In this document: positions 9,848 through 19,679 of the stretch, piece after piece
How positions within the stretch are numbered: the stretch's first letter is position 1
How the letters are laid out: every line of letters starts with the position of its first letter
DNA from: Bacteroidota bacterium
GTDB taxonomy: Bacteria > Bacteroidota > Bacteroidia > AKYH767-A > OLB10
Length of the DNA stretch: 64,000 nucleotides
Direction of reading: 5' to 3'
NCBI GenBank assembly: GCA_025352785.1
Contig: JANXSD010000163.1
Coordinates: 11,028-75,027 of the forward strand
The notes under the pieces: model-generated
The model's database searches: none
What the model was told of the DNA's origin: nothing
What the model saw: only the letters and a program-made list of their open reading frames with translations
Translations under genes and position numbers: made by a program

Positions 9848-11306
9848 ATGAATAATTGTTTTAAAATTTTATTATTTGTTTTGAGCAGTGCAAATTCGTA
9901 CAAGCTCAAAACCATTTTAATATAACTACTACCTTCGGAGTTGATGTGGCTAATAATATTTTGGAGACCGATTCATGCTATTTTACCTCAATTACATCAG
10001 GCCAGCCAATAATTCCACGACATGATATTTTATGTTTTTATGACAACTTAGGAAATTTAAAATGGAGTAAAATTTATGGTGATTCTTTAGAATATATTAA
10101 TGATTATTCAATGTGTCAAGATTCAGCAAAAAACTTTACAATGGGTGCTGGATATTATTCAAGTATTACGAATAAAAATGGAATGTGCTTAGGACGAGTT
10201 TCAAATATTGGCGATACTTTATGGTTCAAATCATATTCGCCAGACACCTCAAAAAACTATTTCGGCGCATGGGTTTTAAAAACAAAAGATAAAGGCTACT
10301 TACTACCTAGTAGCGTTTCTGATACCATTGACGGAAATATTTACGCTTTGAAAACTGATAGTTTAGGGTCTATTCATTGGCAGTATGAATTAATTGGTAG
10401 TAAATATGATCAAGCATACGATGCTGGGGAAACAATGAACAATGAATACCTAATTGTTGGATGGACTAGATCATTTGGCAATGGAAATTTGAATTTTAGA
10501 GATGCAATAGTAGTTTGTATTGATAGTGCAGGAAACTATAAATGGAAAAAAACTTTTGGAGCATCGAATGTCAATGAAACTATGTATCGTATAATTGCCT
10601 CACCTGATGGCAATTTTATAATATCTGGTGTTAAATATTCGTTAACAGCACAGTATGACAATGCAAGTATTTGGAAAATTGACTCTTTGGGAAATTTAAA
10701 ATGGCAAAAATATTATTACTCTTTATCAAACTTAAATATTTTTTATGGAATACAAGAATTACCAAATGGACAAATTCTAGCTGTTGGGTCAGATAGTGAT
10801 ACTAGTACACAATTTGATCAAGGTTGGATTGTATTATTGGATAGCTTAGGAAACATTTTAAAAGAACGAAGATTTACCCTTGGTAATGATCATTGTATTT
10901 TTAATGATGTTAAACAAACAAAAGATGGAGGTTTATAATTATTGGATACGTGTTTGGCGGTCCTAATGGAGAAGATGGATGGATAGTTAAATTAGATAGC
11001 AATTTATGTGACGTAGCCGGATGTGCAAACAACACTGCTATACATGAAATAACTAATTATAAGAATGATGGAAGTGTAATCGTTTTTCCGAACCCTTGTA
11101 GCGCTAATTTATTTATAAAACCTGAATTTGGCTTAAACATACTTTCTGCAACTATTTATGATATTGCTGGAATGGAAATAAAAACAACTTCTTATCGAAG
11201 TAGAGAACTCTTTCAAATAAATACTGCCGATTTATCAGCAGGAATTTATTTAATAAAACTGAAGACAGAATCAGGATTTAAAACTATTAAATTTATTAAA
11301 CAGTAA
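9848..11306 (+). pseudogene. T9SS type A cargo protein (repeat/beta-propeller-like) disrupted by two frameshifts
   Basis: Three successive frames. Frame 1 is ATG 9848 MNNCFKILLFVLSSAN.. (signal peptide, stops at 9923). Frame 2 opens at 9865 and reads ..FVQAQNHFNITTTFGVD.. through the track ORF 9946..10938. Frame 3 is track ORF 10950..11306, carrying a Por/T9SS CTD (VIVFPNPCSANLFI...SAGIYLIKLKTESGFKTIKFIKQ). At 10927..10950 the repeat unit KDGG-FIIIGYVFGG...DGWIVKLDS is restored by adding one T to the TTT run at 10932..10934. Confidence 0.75.
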
Positions 11307-11495
11307 ATTATGATTTAAAATTTCGAACTCTTTTTGTTAAAAAACGAACAACACTTAAAAATCAATCCATTTTTATTTTAGAATCTAATATTGTCCATCT
11401 CAATCAAATTATTCCAATAAATTAGTGATATTCAATGTAATCATAATTTCTATACAAAATGCTTTACCTTCGCAGCTCTTAAAAACATATAAAAT

Positions 11496-12884
11496 ATGAG
11501 TTTCGATCTAATTGTTATTGGAAGTGGTCCTGGTGGTTATGTTGCAGCAATTCGTGCTTCACAGTTAGGAATGAAAGTAGCTGTAGTTGAAAAGGAATCT
11601 TTAGGTGGGGTTTGCCTTAACTGGGGCTGCATTCCAACAAAGGCTCTTTTGAAAAGTGCTCAAGTTTTCGAATATCTAAAGCATGCTGCCGATTATGGTA
11701 TCACAGTTTCTGATTATAAAGCGGATTTCGGTGGGATGGTAAAAAGAAGTCGTGATGTGGCGGATGGAATGAGCAAAGGAATTCAATTTCTTTTTAAGAA
11801 AAATAAAATTGAAGTATTAAATGGTTTTGGAAAATTAAAGTCAGGAAAAAAAGTTGAAGTAACTGCTGCAGATGGTACTGTAACATTGCATGAAGCAAAT
11901 CATATTATGCTTGCAACTGGAGCACGTAGTCGTGAGTTGCCGAATTTAAAACAAGATGGTAAAAAAGTAATTGGCTATCGTGATGCAATGGTTTTACCCA
12001 CTCAACCGAAGAGTATGGTGATTGTTGGATCAGGAGCTATTGGATGTGAGTTTGCTTATTTTTATAATTCAATTGGTACTAAAGTTACGATTGTTGAATT
12101 CATGCCAAACGTTGTTCCTGTTGAAGACGAAGAAGTTTCAAAACAACTTGCTCGTTCATTCAAAAAACTTGGTATCGAAATCATGACAGAAGCAAGTGTT
12201 GAAGCTGTTGATACAAGTGGTGACGGTTGTAAGGTAACTGTTAAGACAAAAAAAGGAGAAGAAATTTTAGCAGCAGAAATTGTTTTATCAGCGGTAGGAA
12301 TTACTCCTAATATTGAAAATATCGGATTAGAAGAATGTGGTGTGATCACCGACAATGGCAAAGTTTTAGTAAACGATTTTTATCAAACAAATATACCAGG
12401 TGTTTATGCGATTGGTGATATTGTTAAAGGTCCGGCACTGGCACATGTTGCTTCTGCAGAAGGTATTTGTTGCGTTGAAAAAATTGCAGGTTTACCTGTT
12501 GAACCTATCAACTATAACAACATTCCAGGTTGTACCTATTGCTCTCCTGAAATTGCTTCTGTTGGATATACGGAGAAAGCCGCTAAAGAAGCTGGATACG
12601 AAATTAAAGTTGGTAAATTCCCTTTTTCTGCAAGTGGAAAAGCGAAAGCTGCTGGTGCTGCAGATGGTTTTGTAAAAGTAATTTTTGATGCAAAATATGG
12701 CGAATGGTTAGGAGCACATTTTATCGGCGCTAATGTTACTGAATTTATTGCTGAAGTAGTTGTTGCAAGAAATTTAGAAACAACAGGTCATGAAATTATA
12801 AAATCAATTCATCCACATCCCACAATGAGCGAAGCATTAATGGAAGCATGTGCAGCAGCTTATGGTGAAGTGATTCACATGTAA
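11496..12884 (+). CDS. lpdA: dihydrolipoyl dehydrogenase (E3)
   Basis: 462 aa. IGSGPGGY, redox-active GGVCLNWGCIPTK, and HPHPTMSE near the C-terminus. Confidence 0.96.
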   Translation: MSFDLIVIGSGPGGYVAAIRASQLGMKVAVVEKESLGGVCLNWGCIPTKALLKSAQVFEYLKHAADYGITVSDYKADFGGMVKRSRDVADGMSKGIQFLFKKNKIEVLNGFGKLKSGKKVEVTAADGTVTLHEANHIMLATGARSRELPNLKQDGKKVIGYRDAMVLPTQPKSMVIVGSGAIGCEFAYFYNSIGTKVTIVEFMPNVVPVEDEEVSKQLARSFKKLGIEIMTEASVEAVDTSGDGCKVTVKTKKGEEILAAEIVLSAVGITPNIENIGLEECGVITDNGKVLVNDFYQTNIPGVYAIGDIVKGPALAHVASAEGICCVEKIAGLPVEPINYNNIPGCTYCSPEIASVGYTEKAAKEAGYEIKVGKFPFSASGKAKAAGAADGFVKVIFDAKYGEWLGAHFIGANVTEFIAEVVVARNLETTGHEIIKSIHPHPTMSEALMEACAAAYGEVIHM

Positions 12885-12902
12885 AATAAAATTGTCAAAA
12901 AT

Positions 12903-12945
12903 AAAAAATGGATCGGATTACGATTGTAATCCGATCCATTTTTTA
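12903..12945. terminator. bidirectional rho-independent terminator (lpdA / rlmD)
   Basis: ATGGATCGGATTA (12908..12920), loop CGATTG, TAATCCGATCCAT (12927..12939). A 13-bp perfect stem flanked by an A-run upstream and a T-run downstream, between convergent genes. Confidence 0.8.
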
Positions 12946-12960
12946 TTTCCAGTTTGCAAT

Positions 12961-14355
12961 TCAACCAATCAACTCCAACAAAGCAACATTTTCAACGTGC
13001 GCTGTATGTGGAAACATATCTACTGGTTGCACTTTAATGACTTTATACTTCTCACTCATCAATGCCATATCTCGGGCTTGTGTAGCAGGATTACAACTCA
13101 CATATACAATTCTTTTCGCACCTGATTTATTAATTTGCTCAACAACATCAACATGCATTCCAGCACGAGGAGGATCAGTAATGATTACATCCGGTTTTCC
13201 ATTTACATCAAAGAAATTTGCAGTGAGTAAATCTTTCATGTCACCTGCAAAAAATTTTGTGTTATGAATATTATTGAGTGTCGAATTTAATTTTGCATCT
13301 TCGATCGCATCCGCAACATATTCAACTCCCACCACAGCCTTGGATTTAGAAGCAACGAAGTTTGCAATGGTTCCTGTTCCAGTGTACAAATCATAAACTA
13401 ATTCTACACCTCTTAATCCTGCATATTCTCTAGCAATCTCATATAATTTTAATGATTGTTTACTATTCGTTTGAAAAAAAGATTTAGGGCCGATTCTAAA
13501 TTGCAATCCTTCCATTTCTTCAACGATATAAGGTAAACCATGATGCACTTTCAATTCTAAATCTTGAAGTGAATCATTTCCCTTTGGATTTATAACATAC
13601 ATTAAAGATGATATTTGAGGAAAATTTTTAACTAGAAAATCCAATAGACCTTTACTCTTTTTCTCATCATGTTCATATACCATTACTATCACCATCACAT
13701 CACCTTTCAATGTTGTGCGAATAATTAAACTTCGTAAGATGCCTGATTTATTTCGCAGATTTATAAAACTCAAATCATTTTCAAGAGCATATTTTTTAAT
13801 AGCATTTCGAATACTATCCGAAGGTTCGGGTTGTAAAAAACATTCATCAATATCGAGCACTTTATCAAACCGACCTGGAATATGAAATCCTAATGCTGGT
13901 CCATCTAAAATTTCTTTTTCTTCAAATTGTTCTTTGGTCAACCATTTTCTATCTGAAAAAGAAAAATCTAATTTATTTCGATAATAGCGAATATCTTCAG
14001 AACCAATAATGGGTAGCATAGGGGGATTTTCAATTTTCCCCAATCTTTGCAAAGCATCACTCACTTGTTTGAATTTAAATTGCAATTGTGCAGAATAATC
14101 CAAATGTTGCCATTTACATCCACCACAAATTCCAAAATGTTTGCAAAAGGGATCAATTCTACTCGCTGAAGGCTGAACAAGTTTCACAACTTCCGCTTCC
14201 AAATAGGATTTATGTTTCTTTTTTACAATCACATCAACAATGTCACCAGGAACAGCCTTGTCAATAAAAACTACTAATCCCTCGTGACGTGAAACAGCTT
14301 TACCTTCATCCGCCATGTCAAATACCTCTAATCCTTCTAATATTTTACCTTTCAC
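12961..14355 (-). CDS. rlmD: 23S rRNA (uracil-C5)-methyltransferase RlmD/RumA family
   Basis: 464 aa with a GTG start. TRAM N-terminus, Fe-S Cys cluster CKHFGICGGCKWQH, SAM fold DLYTGTGT, DPPRAG, and catalytic Cys in YVSCNP. Confidence 0.92.
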   Translation of the reverse strand: MKGKILEGLEVFDMADEGKAVSRHEGLVVFIDKAVPGDIVDVIVKKKHKSYLEAEVVKLVQPSASRIDPFCKHFGICGGCKWQHLDYSAQLQFKFKQVSDALQRLGKIENPPMLPIIGSEDIRYYRNKLDFSFSDRKWLTKEQFEEKEILDGPALGFHIPGRFDKVLDIDECFLQPEPSDSIRNAIKKYALENDLSFINLRNKSGILRSLIIRTTLKGDVMVIVMVYEHDEKKSKGLLDFLVKNFPQISSLMYVINPKGNDSLQDLELKVHHGLPYIVEEMEGLQFRIGPKSFFQTNSKQSLKLYEIAREYAGLRGVELVYDLYTGTGTIANFVASKSKAVVGVEYVADAIEDAKLNSTLNNIHNTKFFAGDMKDLLTANFFDVNGKPDVIITDPPRAGMHVDVVEQINKSGAKRIVYVSCNPATQARDMALMSEKYKVIKVQPVDMFPHTAHVENVALLELIG

Positions 14356-14365
14356 CCTATTTATT

Positions 14366-14395
14366 TTTGTAAGGTGACGAAATTAGGTAACTTTG
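14366..14395 (+). promoter_or_regulatory. Bacteroidota-type promoter: -33 TTTG (14366..14369), 18-nt spacer, -7 TAACTTTG (14388..14395)
   Basis: Perfect match to the TTTG / TAnnTTTG consensus, 18 nt upstream of ATG 14413. Confidence 0.55.
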
Positions 14396-14412
14396 AGTGT
14401 TAAGTTTTAATA

Positions 14413-16797
14413 ATGGGCAAGAAGTACATTCTTTTTATTTTATTCGTTTTCTCTTCGGTAATGGCGAATGCTTTCCATATTGCTGGCGGCGACCTCACTA
14501 CGAAATGGCTTAGTGGAAATATTTTTGATATTCAACTTACATTATATAGAGACTGCAGTAATCCAAATGGTGCTCAATTTGACGCATCCATAAATTTAGC
14601 GATTTATGATAAGGCAGATAATTCATTAGCGACTTCAGTAATTCTCACTTTAGACCAGTCCTCTATTACTCCAATTGTTTTATCTGGAAATGGATGCAGT
14701 CCGCCACCGTCTGTTTGTTTGGAAAGTGGTAATTATCATGAAACAATTTTAATACCCGATAATCCAAATGGCTATTACCTTGTATGGGAACGATGCTGTA
14801 GGAATAATACCATTATCAATATTGTTAGTCCGCAATCAACTGGACTAGCGTTCTATGCGGAAATTCCTGATCCTGCTTTGCATAATTCGAGTCCAGTTTT
14901 TAATAGTCCGCCGGCACCGTATACTTGCGAAAGGCAATTTTTTCAATTTGGATTTCAAGCTACTGATGCAGATGGAGATTCTCTTGTTTATGAACTTTCG
15001 GATCCACTTGATGGAGGTCATACATCAACAGGTAATTCAAATCCATTTGCGAATGGTTCTGGAGGTGGGCAAATCCCTTTACCCGCTCCATATACTCATA
15101 TAATTTGGCAAAATTCTTATGGACTAAATAACATTTGCGGAGGTACTCAACCCTTAGTTATAAATTCGAATACCGGTTTGGTGCAAGGAACACCTGACAA
15201 TATTGGCATTTATGCGATGGCTGTAACAGTTTATGAATATCGCAATGGTATTCTTATCGGATTGGTTCGTCGAGAAATTGAATTCACTTCTATTTCTTGC
15301 TCTGGGAATACAGCCCCCAATATTTCTCCTAGTATTGCCAATAAAGATTACGAAATATATGCAACAGATACTCTTTGCTTCGATGTTACTGCTACAGATG
15401 TAAATGGTGATTCAATTTATTTAATTCATGCTGGAGAAATTTTTGAAAATACAAATCTAACCACGATTTCTGCTCCTTATGCAGTAAGTACAGATACTGC
15501 TGGTTTAGATTCCATTTTTACTACTTTCTGCTGGACACCGTCTTGCGATCAAACAAAAGATTCCGCCTACTTAGTTACTTATACAATTAGAGATAATGGT
15601 TGTCCGCTAGCACTCGCAGTTAATGGTAATTTTAGAATCAAAGTTGATCACATGAAAATGATTGATCGCCCTAATTTATTGTGTTTGCACTTTGAAAGTG
15701 ACGATGTAATAAAAATTGTTAAAGCTCCAGACAATACGATTAATGCAAGATATTTTAAAGGTTATACGATTTATCGAAGTGTAAATAATAGCACTTTTTC
15801 ACCTATTAAAATTATTGCAGATCCTTTCACAACTATTTTTTATGACAGCACTGCAATGGATAATAAAAATAATAATTATTGCTACGTAATTACAGGCGTA
15901 AATAATTGCAATATCGAGAGCATCAATTCCGATACATTATGTTCTGACAATGCATTTAATAGCAATAAAAATTATATTGAAAGTGTATCTGTGGAAAGTA
16001 ATAATGTTATCAAGATGAAATGGGAACAATTTGCCGATGGTTTCTTTTCAACTTATTTTATTTATCGAAAAATTAATGCACTAAATGCTACCTTTGAAAA
16101 AGTTATTGATTTAAAAAACTATCCTTCTTTCGAATGGAAAGATGATAGTGTGTTTACTTCCCAAAATTCTTATTGTTATAAAATGATGAATGAAGATGTC
16201 TGTGGAAATTTTAGTAAGGTGAGTGATGAAGCTTGTACTATTTTATTAAAAGGCAAAGCAGATTTTTTTATCGATAAATTAAATTGGAATAGTTATATCA
16301 ATTGGAAAGGATCCGTTGCCTCTTACACTACAGAAAGAAGCGACGTAAATATTAATATACCTTATCGTCAAGTAATTGTTATCCCTTTTGCAGATACAAT
16401 TGCTGAAGATCGCAACTTGCCGTCCAACGGTGGTGTTTTTAATTACCGCATTAGAGCATTGGAAGGACCAGGAAGTAAAAATGCAGAAAGCTTATCTAAT
16501 GAATTAGAATTAATTCAAGCACCAGCAATCTATTTGCCGAATGCATTTAGTCCGAATATCGACACAAAAAATGAACTATGGGGCGCTGAATCTGTATTTG
16601 TAAAAACCTATAATCTTGAACTTTATAATAGATGGGGAGAACTAATTTTCAAGACAGAATCTACACAAGAAAAATGGGATGGAACCTTTAAAGGAAAAGA
16701 ATTACCAGAGGGTATTTATATTTACAAAGTACAATTTAGTGGTTATAACTCCAATAAAGTTTTTGAAAAAACGGAATCCTTAACATTGATAAGATAA
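14413..16797 (+). CDS. large secreted protein with gliding-motility-associated C-terminal domain (T9SS type B sorting domain)
   Basis: 794 aa. Signal peptide MGKKYILFILFVFSSVMANA. The last roughly 90 aa (IYLPNAFSPN...ELYNRWGELIF...WDGTFKGKELPEGIYIYKVQF) match the CHU_C / type B CTD pattern. Confidence 0.85.
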   Translation: MGKKYILFILFVFSSVMANAFHIAGGDLTTKWLSGNIFDIQLTLYRDCSNPNGAQFDASINLAIYDKADNSLATSVILTLDQSSITPIVLSGNGCSPPPSVCLESGNYHETILIPDNPNGYYLVWERCCRNNTIINIVSPQSTGLAFYAEIPDPALHNSSPVFNSPPAPYTCERQFFQFGFQATDADGDSLVYELSDPLDGGHTSTGNSNPFANGSGGGQIPLPAPYTHIIWQNSYGLNNICGGTQPLVINSNTGLVQGTPDNIGIYAMAVTVYEYRNGILIGLVRREIEFTSISCSGNTAPNISPSIANKDYEIYATDTLCFDVTATDVNGDSIYLIHAGEIFENTNLTTISAPYAVSTDTAGLDSIFTTFCWTPSCDQTKDSAYLVTYTIRDNGCPLALAVNGNFRIKVDHMKMIDRPNLLCLHFESDDVIKIVKAPDNTINARYFKGYTIYRSVNNSTFSPIKIIADPFTTIFYDSTAMDNKNNNYCYVITGVNNCNIESINSDTLCSDNAFNSNKNYIESVSVESNNVIKMKWEQFADGFFSTYFIYRKINALNATFEKVIDLKNYPSFEWKDDSVFTSQNSYCYKMMNEDVCGNFSKVSDEACTILLKGKADFFIDKLNWNSYINWKGSVASYTTERSDVNINIPYRQVIVIPFADTIAEDRNLPSNGGVFNYRIRALEGPGSKNAESLSNELELIQAPAIYLPNAFSPNIDTKNELWGAESVFVKTYNLELYNRWGELIFKTESTQEKWDGTFKGKELPEGIYIYKVQFSGYNSNKVFEKTESLTLIR

Positions 16798-16877
16798 ATT
16801 AATATTTTGCATCATTTTTCTAGGATAAAAGCGTGGTAATACTAAAAACAAAAATTGCTTCCTCAAAACCTTATCAT

Positions 16878-16885
16878 TACCTTTG
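16878..16885 (+). promoter_or_regulatory. -7 box TACCTTTG for rocD
   Basis: Perfect TAnnTTTG match 18 nt upstream of ATG 16904. It overlaps the track's TTG start (16883), which argues for the ATG start. Confidence 0.5.
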
Positions 16886-16903
16886 TACATCAATATTATT
16901 AGC

Positions 16904-18136
16904 ATGAAAATCGCCGAAACAATTATTACAAGTCAGCATGCAATTGCGTTAGAAGAAAAATATGGTGCGCATAATTATCATCCTTTACCAGTAGTTTTAA
17001 ATCGTGGTGAAGGAGTTTTTGTTTGGGATGTTGAAGGTAATCGTTATTATGATTTTCTTTCTGCGTATTCTGCCGTAAATCAAGGACATTGTCATCCGCG
17101 AATTATTAATGCGATGATTGAACAAGCTCAAAAGTTAACGCTCACCTCTCGTGCTTTTCATAATGATATTTTAGGTGAATACGAACAATTTATGACAAAG
17201 CTTTTCGGTTATGACAAACTTCTTCCAATGAACACTGGTGTTGAAGGTGGTGAAACGGCATTGAAACTTGCACGTAGATGGGGATATGATGTGAAAGGCG
17301 TTGAAAAAAATAAAGCGAAAATTATATTTGCAGAAGGGAATTTCTGGGGCAGAACACTTGCAGCAATTTCTTCTTCTACTGATCCTTCAAGCTCAGGTGG
17401 TTTTGGTCCGTTTATGCCAGGCTTCGAACTAATTCCTTATAATGATTTAGCTGCTCTTGAAAATGCTGTTAAAGATCCGAATGTAGTTGGCTTTATGATT
17501 GAACCCATTCAAGGTGAAGCGGGCGTTTTAGTTCCTGATGAAGGTTATCTTGCAAAAGCTTTTACTATCTGTAAAAAAAATAAAGTACTTTTCATTGCTG
17601 ATGAAGTTCAAACAGGAATCGCGCGTACAGGAAAGATGCTTGCTTGCGATCATGAAAATGTTCGTCCTGATATTTTAATTTTAGGTAAGGCATTATCTGG
17701 TGGTACCATGCCTGTTTCTGCTGTCTTTGCAGATGATGAAATTATGCTATGCATCAAGCCTGGTGAACATGGATCAACGTACGGAGGTAATCCCTTGGCT
17801 TGCAAAGTGGCAATGGCAGCAATGAGTGTTGTACTTGATGAGAAACTCTCTGAAAACGCAGCTGCACTTGGTGAAATTTTACGCAGTGAATTACGGAAAA
17901 TAAAATCTGATCGTATCACTTTGGTAAGAGGAAAAGGGTTACTCAATGCAATTGTTATCGAAGAAAAAAATGGTTTCGATGCATGGGATATTTGCCTGCG
18001 ATTAAAAGACAATGGACTGTTGGCTAAACCCACACATGGTGATATTATTCGTTTTGCTCCTCCTCTAGTAATTACCGAAGAACAAATTATGGAATGCGCA
18101 GCAATTATTCGAAGAACAATTGAATCGCTGGATTAA
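16904..18136 (+). CDS. rocD: ornithine--oxo-acid aminotransferase
   Basis: Class III aminotransferase. [32 protein letters not shown], and PLP lysine in [10 protein letters not shown] start it at ATG 16904 rather than the track's TTG 16883. Confidence 0.93.
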   Translation: MKIAETIITSQHAIALEEKYGAHNYHPLPVVLNRGEGVFVWDVEGNRYYDFLSAYSAVNQGHCHPRIINAMIEQAQKLTLTSRAFHNDILGEYEQFMTKLFGYDKLLPMNTGVEGGETALKLARRWGYDVKGVEKNKAKIIFAEGNFWGRTLAAISSSTDPSSSGGFGPFMPGFELIPYNDLAALENAVKDPNVVGFMIEPIQGEAGVLVPDEGYLAKAFTICKKNKVLFIADEVQTGIARTGKMLACDHENVRPDILILGKALSGGTMPVSAVFADDEIMLCIKPGEHGSTYGGNPLACKVAMAAMSVVLDEKLSENAAALGEILRSELRKIKSDRITLVRGKGLLNAIVIEEKNGFDAWDICLRLKDNGLLAKPTHGDIIRFAPPLVITEEQIMECAAIIRRTIESLD

Positions 18137-18138
18137 AA

Positions 18139-18170
18139 AAAATCCTGAAGTAAGTTACTTCAGGATTTTT
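18139..18170. terminator. bidirectional rho-independent terminator (rocD / DUF4199 gene)
   Basis: AAAATCCTGAAGTAA (18139..18153), GT, TTACTTCAGGATTTT (18156..18170). The stem is flanked by A- and T-runs between convergent genes. Confidence 0.8.
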
Positions 18171-18186
18171 GTAATACGAAATTTCT

Positions 18187-18696
18187 CTATGAAATAGCAT
18201 CAGGGTTTGGCTTCTTAACGATAGCTGCCATGATTAAAGAGATAACAGCTGCCATAATAATTCCTACAACGATTGCGAATCCACATTGAGCCATTGGCGT
18301 CATCCATTTACCAATCATGGTGATCTGTTTTTCAATCATATCTTCACTCATTCCTCTCTCCTGCAATTTCTCTAGCTGAAGATTCATCTGATAATCGACA
18401 TAAGAAGGATCAATAAATTTCAAGTAAAGGAAATGATAAAAAGCACCAATTATAGCTCCTATTGAAGTCACCTTAAATGCAAGGTTGAACGCTTTACCAA
18501 AACTGATAAATCCATTACCTTCCGTCTGCAAGTAAATTTTTGTCACTTGAATAATGCAAATTATAGGAATGATTAAAGCTATAAATTGAATCCACATGAA
18601 AGCAGCATTCCGATTTAAACCAGTAACATACATGATCATTGCCCATAATACGCCAGCGCCAGCGTTTATTAATCCAAATTTGGTAGAAGGTTTCAT
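18187..18696 (-). CDS. DUF4199-like small membrane protein
   Basis: 169 aa with four hydrophobic helices. The N-terminus KFGLINAGAGVLWAMIMYVTGL resembles the Bacteroidota DUF4199 family as I remember it. Confidence 0.6.
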   Translation of the reverse strand: MKPSTKFGLINAGAGVLWAMIMYVTGLNRNAAFMWIQFIALIIPIICIIQVTKIYLQTEGNGFISFGKAFNLAFKVTSIGAIIGAFYHFLYLKFIDPSYVDYQMNLQLEKLQERGMSEDMIEKQITMIGKWMTPMAQCGFAIVVGIIMAAVISLIMAAIVKKPNPDAIS

Positions 18697-18727
18697 AAAT
18701 AATTAATTTTTTATAGAATGGTATCGT

Positions 18728-18735
18728 TAAATTTG
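18728..18735 (+). promoter_or_regulatory. -7 box TAAATTTG for the S1-like protease gene
   Basis: Perfect TAnnTTTG match 37 nt upstream of ATG 18773. It supports that start codon, and therefore the absence of a signal peptide. Confidence 0.45.
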
Positions 18736-18772
18736 CCTCAAATTAAATGCATTTCGCAATAGAAACCAAGCT

Positions 18773-19657
18773 ATGTTCGTAAGAGCCATTGATGAAGTTA
18801 GCAAATTTACAAGGCCGATTCACTCAATTATAAGAAGTTATAGTACCAATAAAGTATATCCAGGGGCGGCAACTTTATTTTTTGTGAATGCCGAAGGAGT
18901 TGCAATCACATGCCGCCATGTTGCGGAACACCTTCTTCAAGCTGATAAAATTAATCAACAATATTTACTTTTTGCACAATCACGATTTCGTTTGCGACAA
19001 GATGAAAATTATTCGGAAAATTTAAGGCAATTGGAACAGCAGTTCGGATTTCACCAAGATTCACCCATTCAAATCAAACATAATTTCGTTGGATGTTGCG
19101 ATCGCTTCACCAGCTTCGATTGCCATTTGCATCCGCAATATGATTTAGCAATTATCCACTTTAAGGGATTTCAACAAATTGGCTATTCCAGTTTTGCACG
19201 ATTTACTAAAGATTCAAGTGTTTCGAAACCAGGAAAAATGTTATGTCGATTAGGATTTCCTTTTCCTGAATTTACCAACTTCACTTACAACTATCAAACA
19301 GATGATATCGAATGGACACGTGAAGGAAATCCACGCTCACCATCTTTTCCAATCGAAGGAATTATCACACGGTTAATTTCTCAATACGGAAAAATTTCCG
19401 GTATCGAAATGAGCTCTCCCGGTTTACGTGGACAAAGCGGTGGACCTCTCTTCGATAGTGATGGTGTAGTTTATGGAATGCAAAGTTCAACACGACATTT
19501 GCATCTAGGATTCGATCTCGAAAATTTTGAAGTAGCAATTGGTCCTGGAACAAAAAAAGTAACCAATATGCCTTTCTTACATGTTGGACAATGTATTCAT
19601 GTTGATGTGATAAAATATTTTTTAAGAGAACATGGAATTAATTTTCATGAAATTTAA
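18773..19657 (+). CDS. trypsin-like (S1/PA clan) serine peptidase without signal peptide
   Basis: 294 aa. Ordered triad candidates are His in AITCRHVAEH, Asp in YDLAIIHF and Ser in GLRGQSGGPLFD. The N-terminus MFVRAIDEVSKFTRP is not hydrophobic. Confidence 0.7.
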   Translation: MFVRAIDEVSKFTRPIHSIIRSYSTNKVYPGAATLFFVNAEGVAITCRHVAEHLLQADKINQQYLLFAQSRFRLRQDENYSENLRQLEQQFGFHQDSPIQIKHNFVGCCDRFTSFDCHLHPQYDLAIIHFKGFQQIGYSSFARFTKDSSVSKPGKMLCRLGFPFPEFTNFTYNYQTDDIEWTREGNPRSPSFPIEGIITRLISQYGKISGIEMSSPGLRGQSGGPLFDSDGVVYGMQSSTRHLHLGFDLENFEVAIGPGTKKVTNMPFLHVGQCIHVDVIKYFLREHGINFHEI

Positions 19658-19679
19658 TTTGCATTAACCATCAAATTAA

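Noticed and set aside
12892-13267. Track ORFs 12892..13125 and 12908..13267 (+)
   Set aside because: They start inside the bidirectional terminator hairpin and run antisense through the rlmD 3' end. The translations are Cys/Phe/Ile-rich nonsense.
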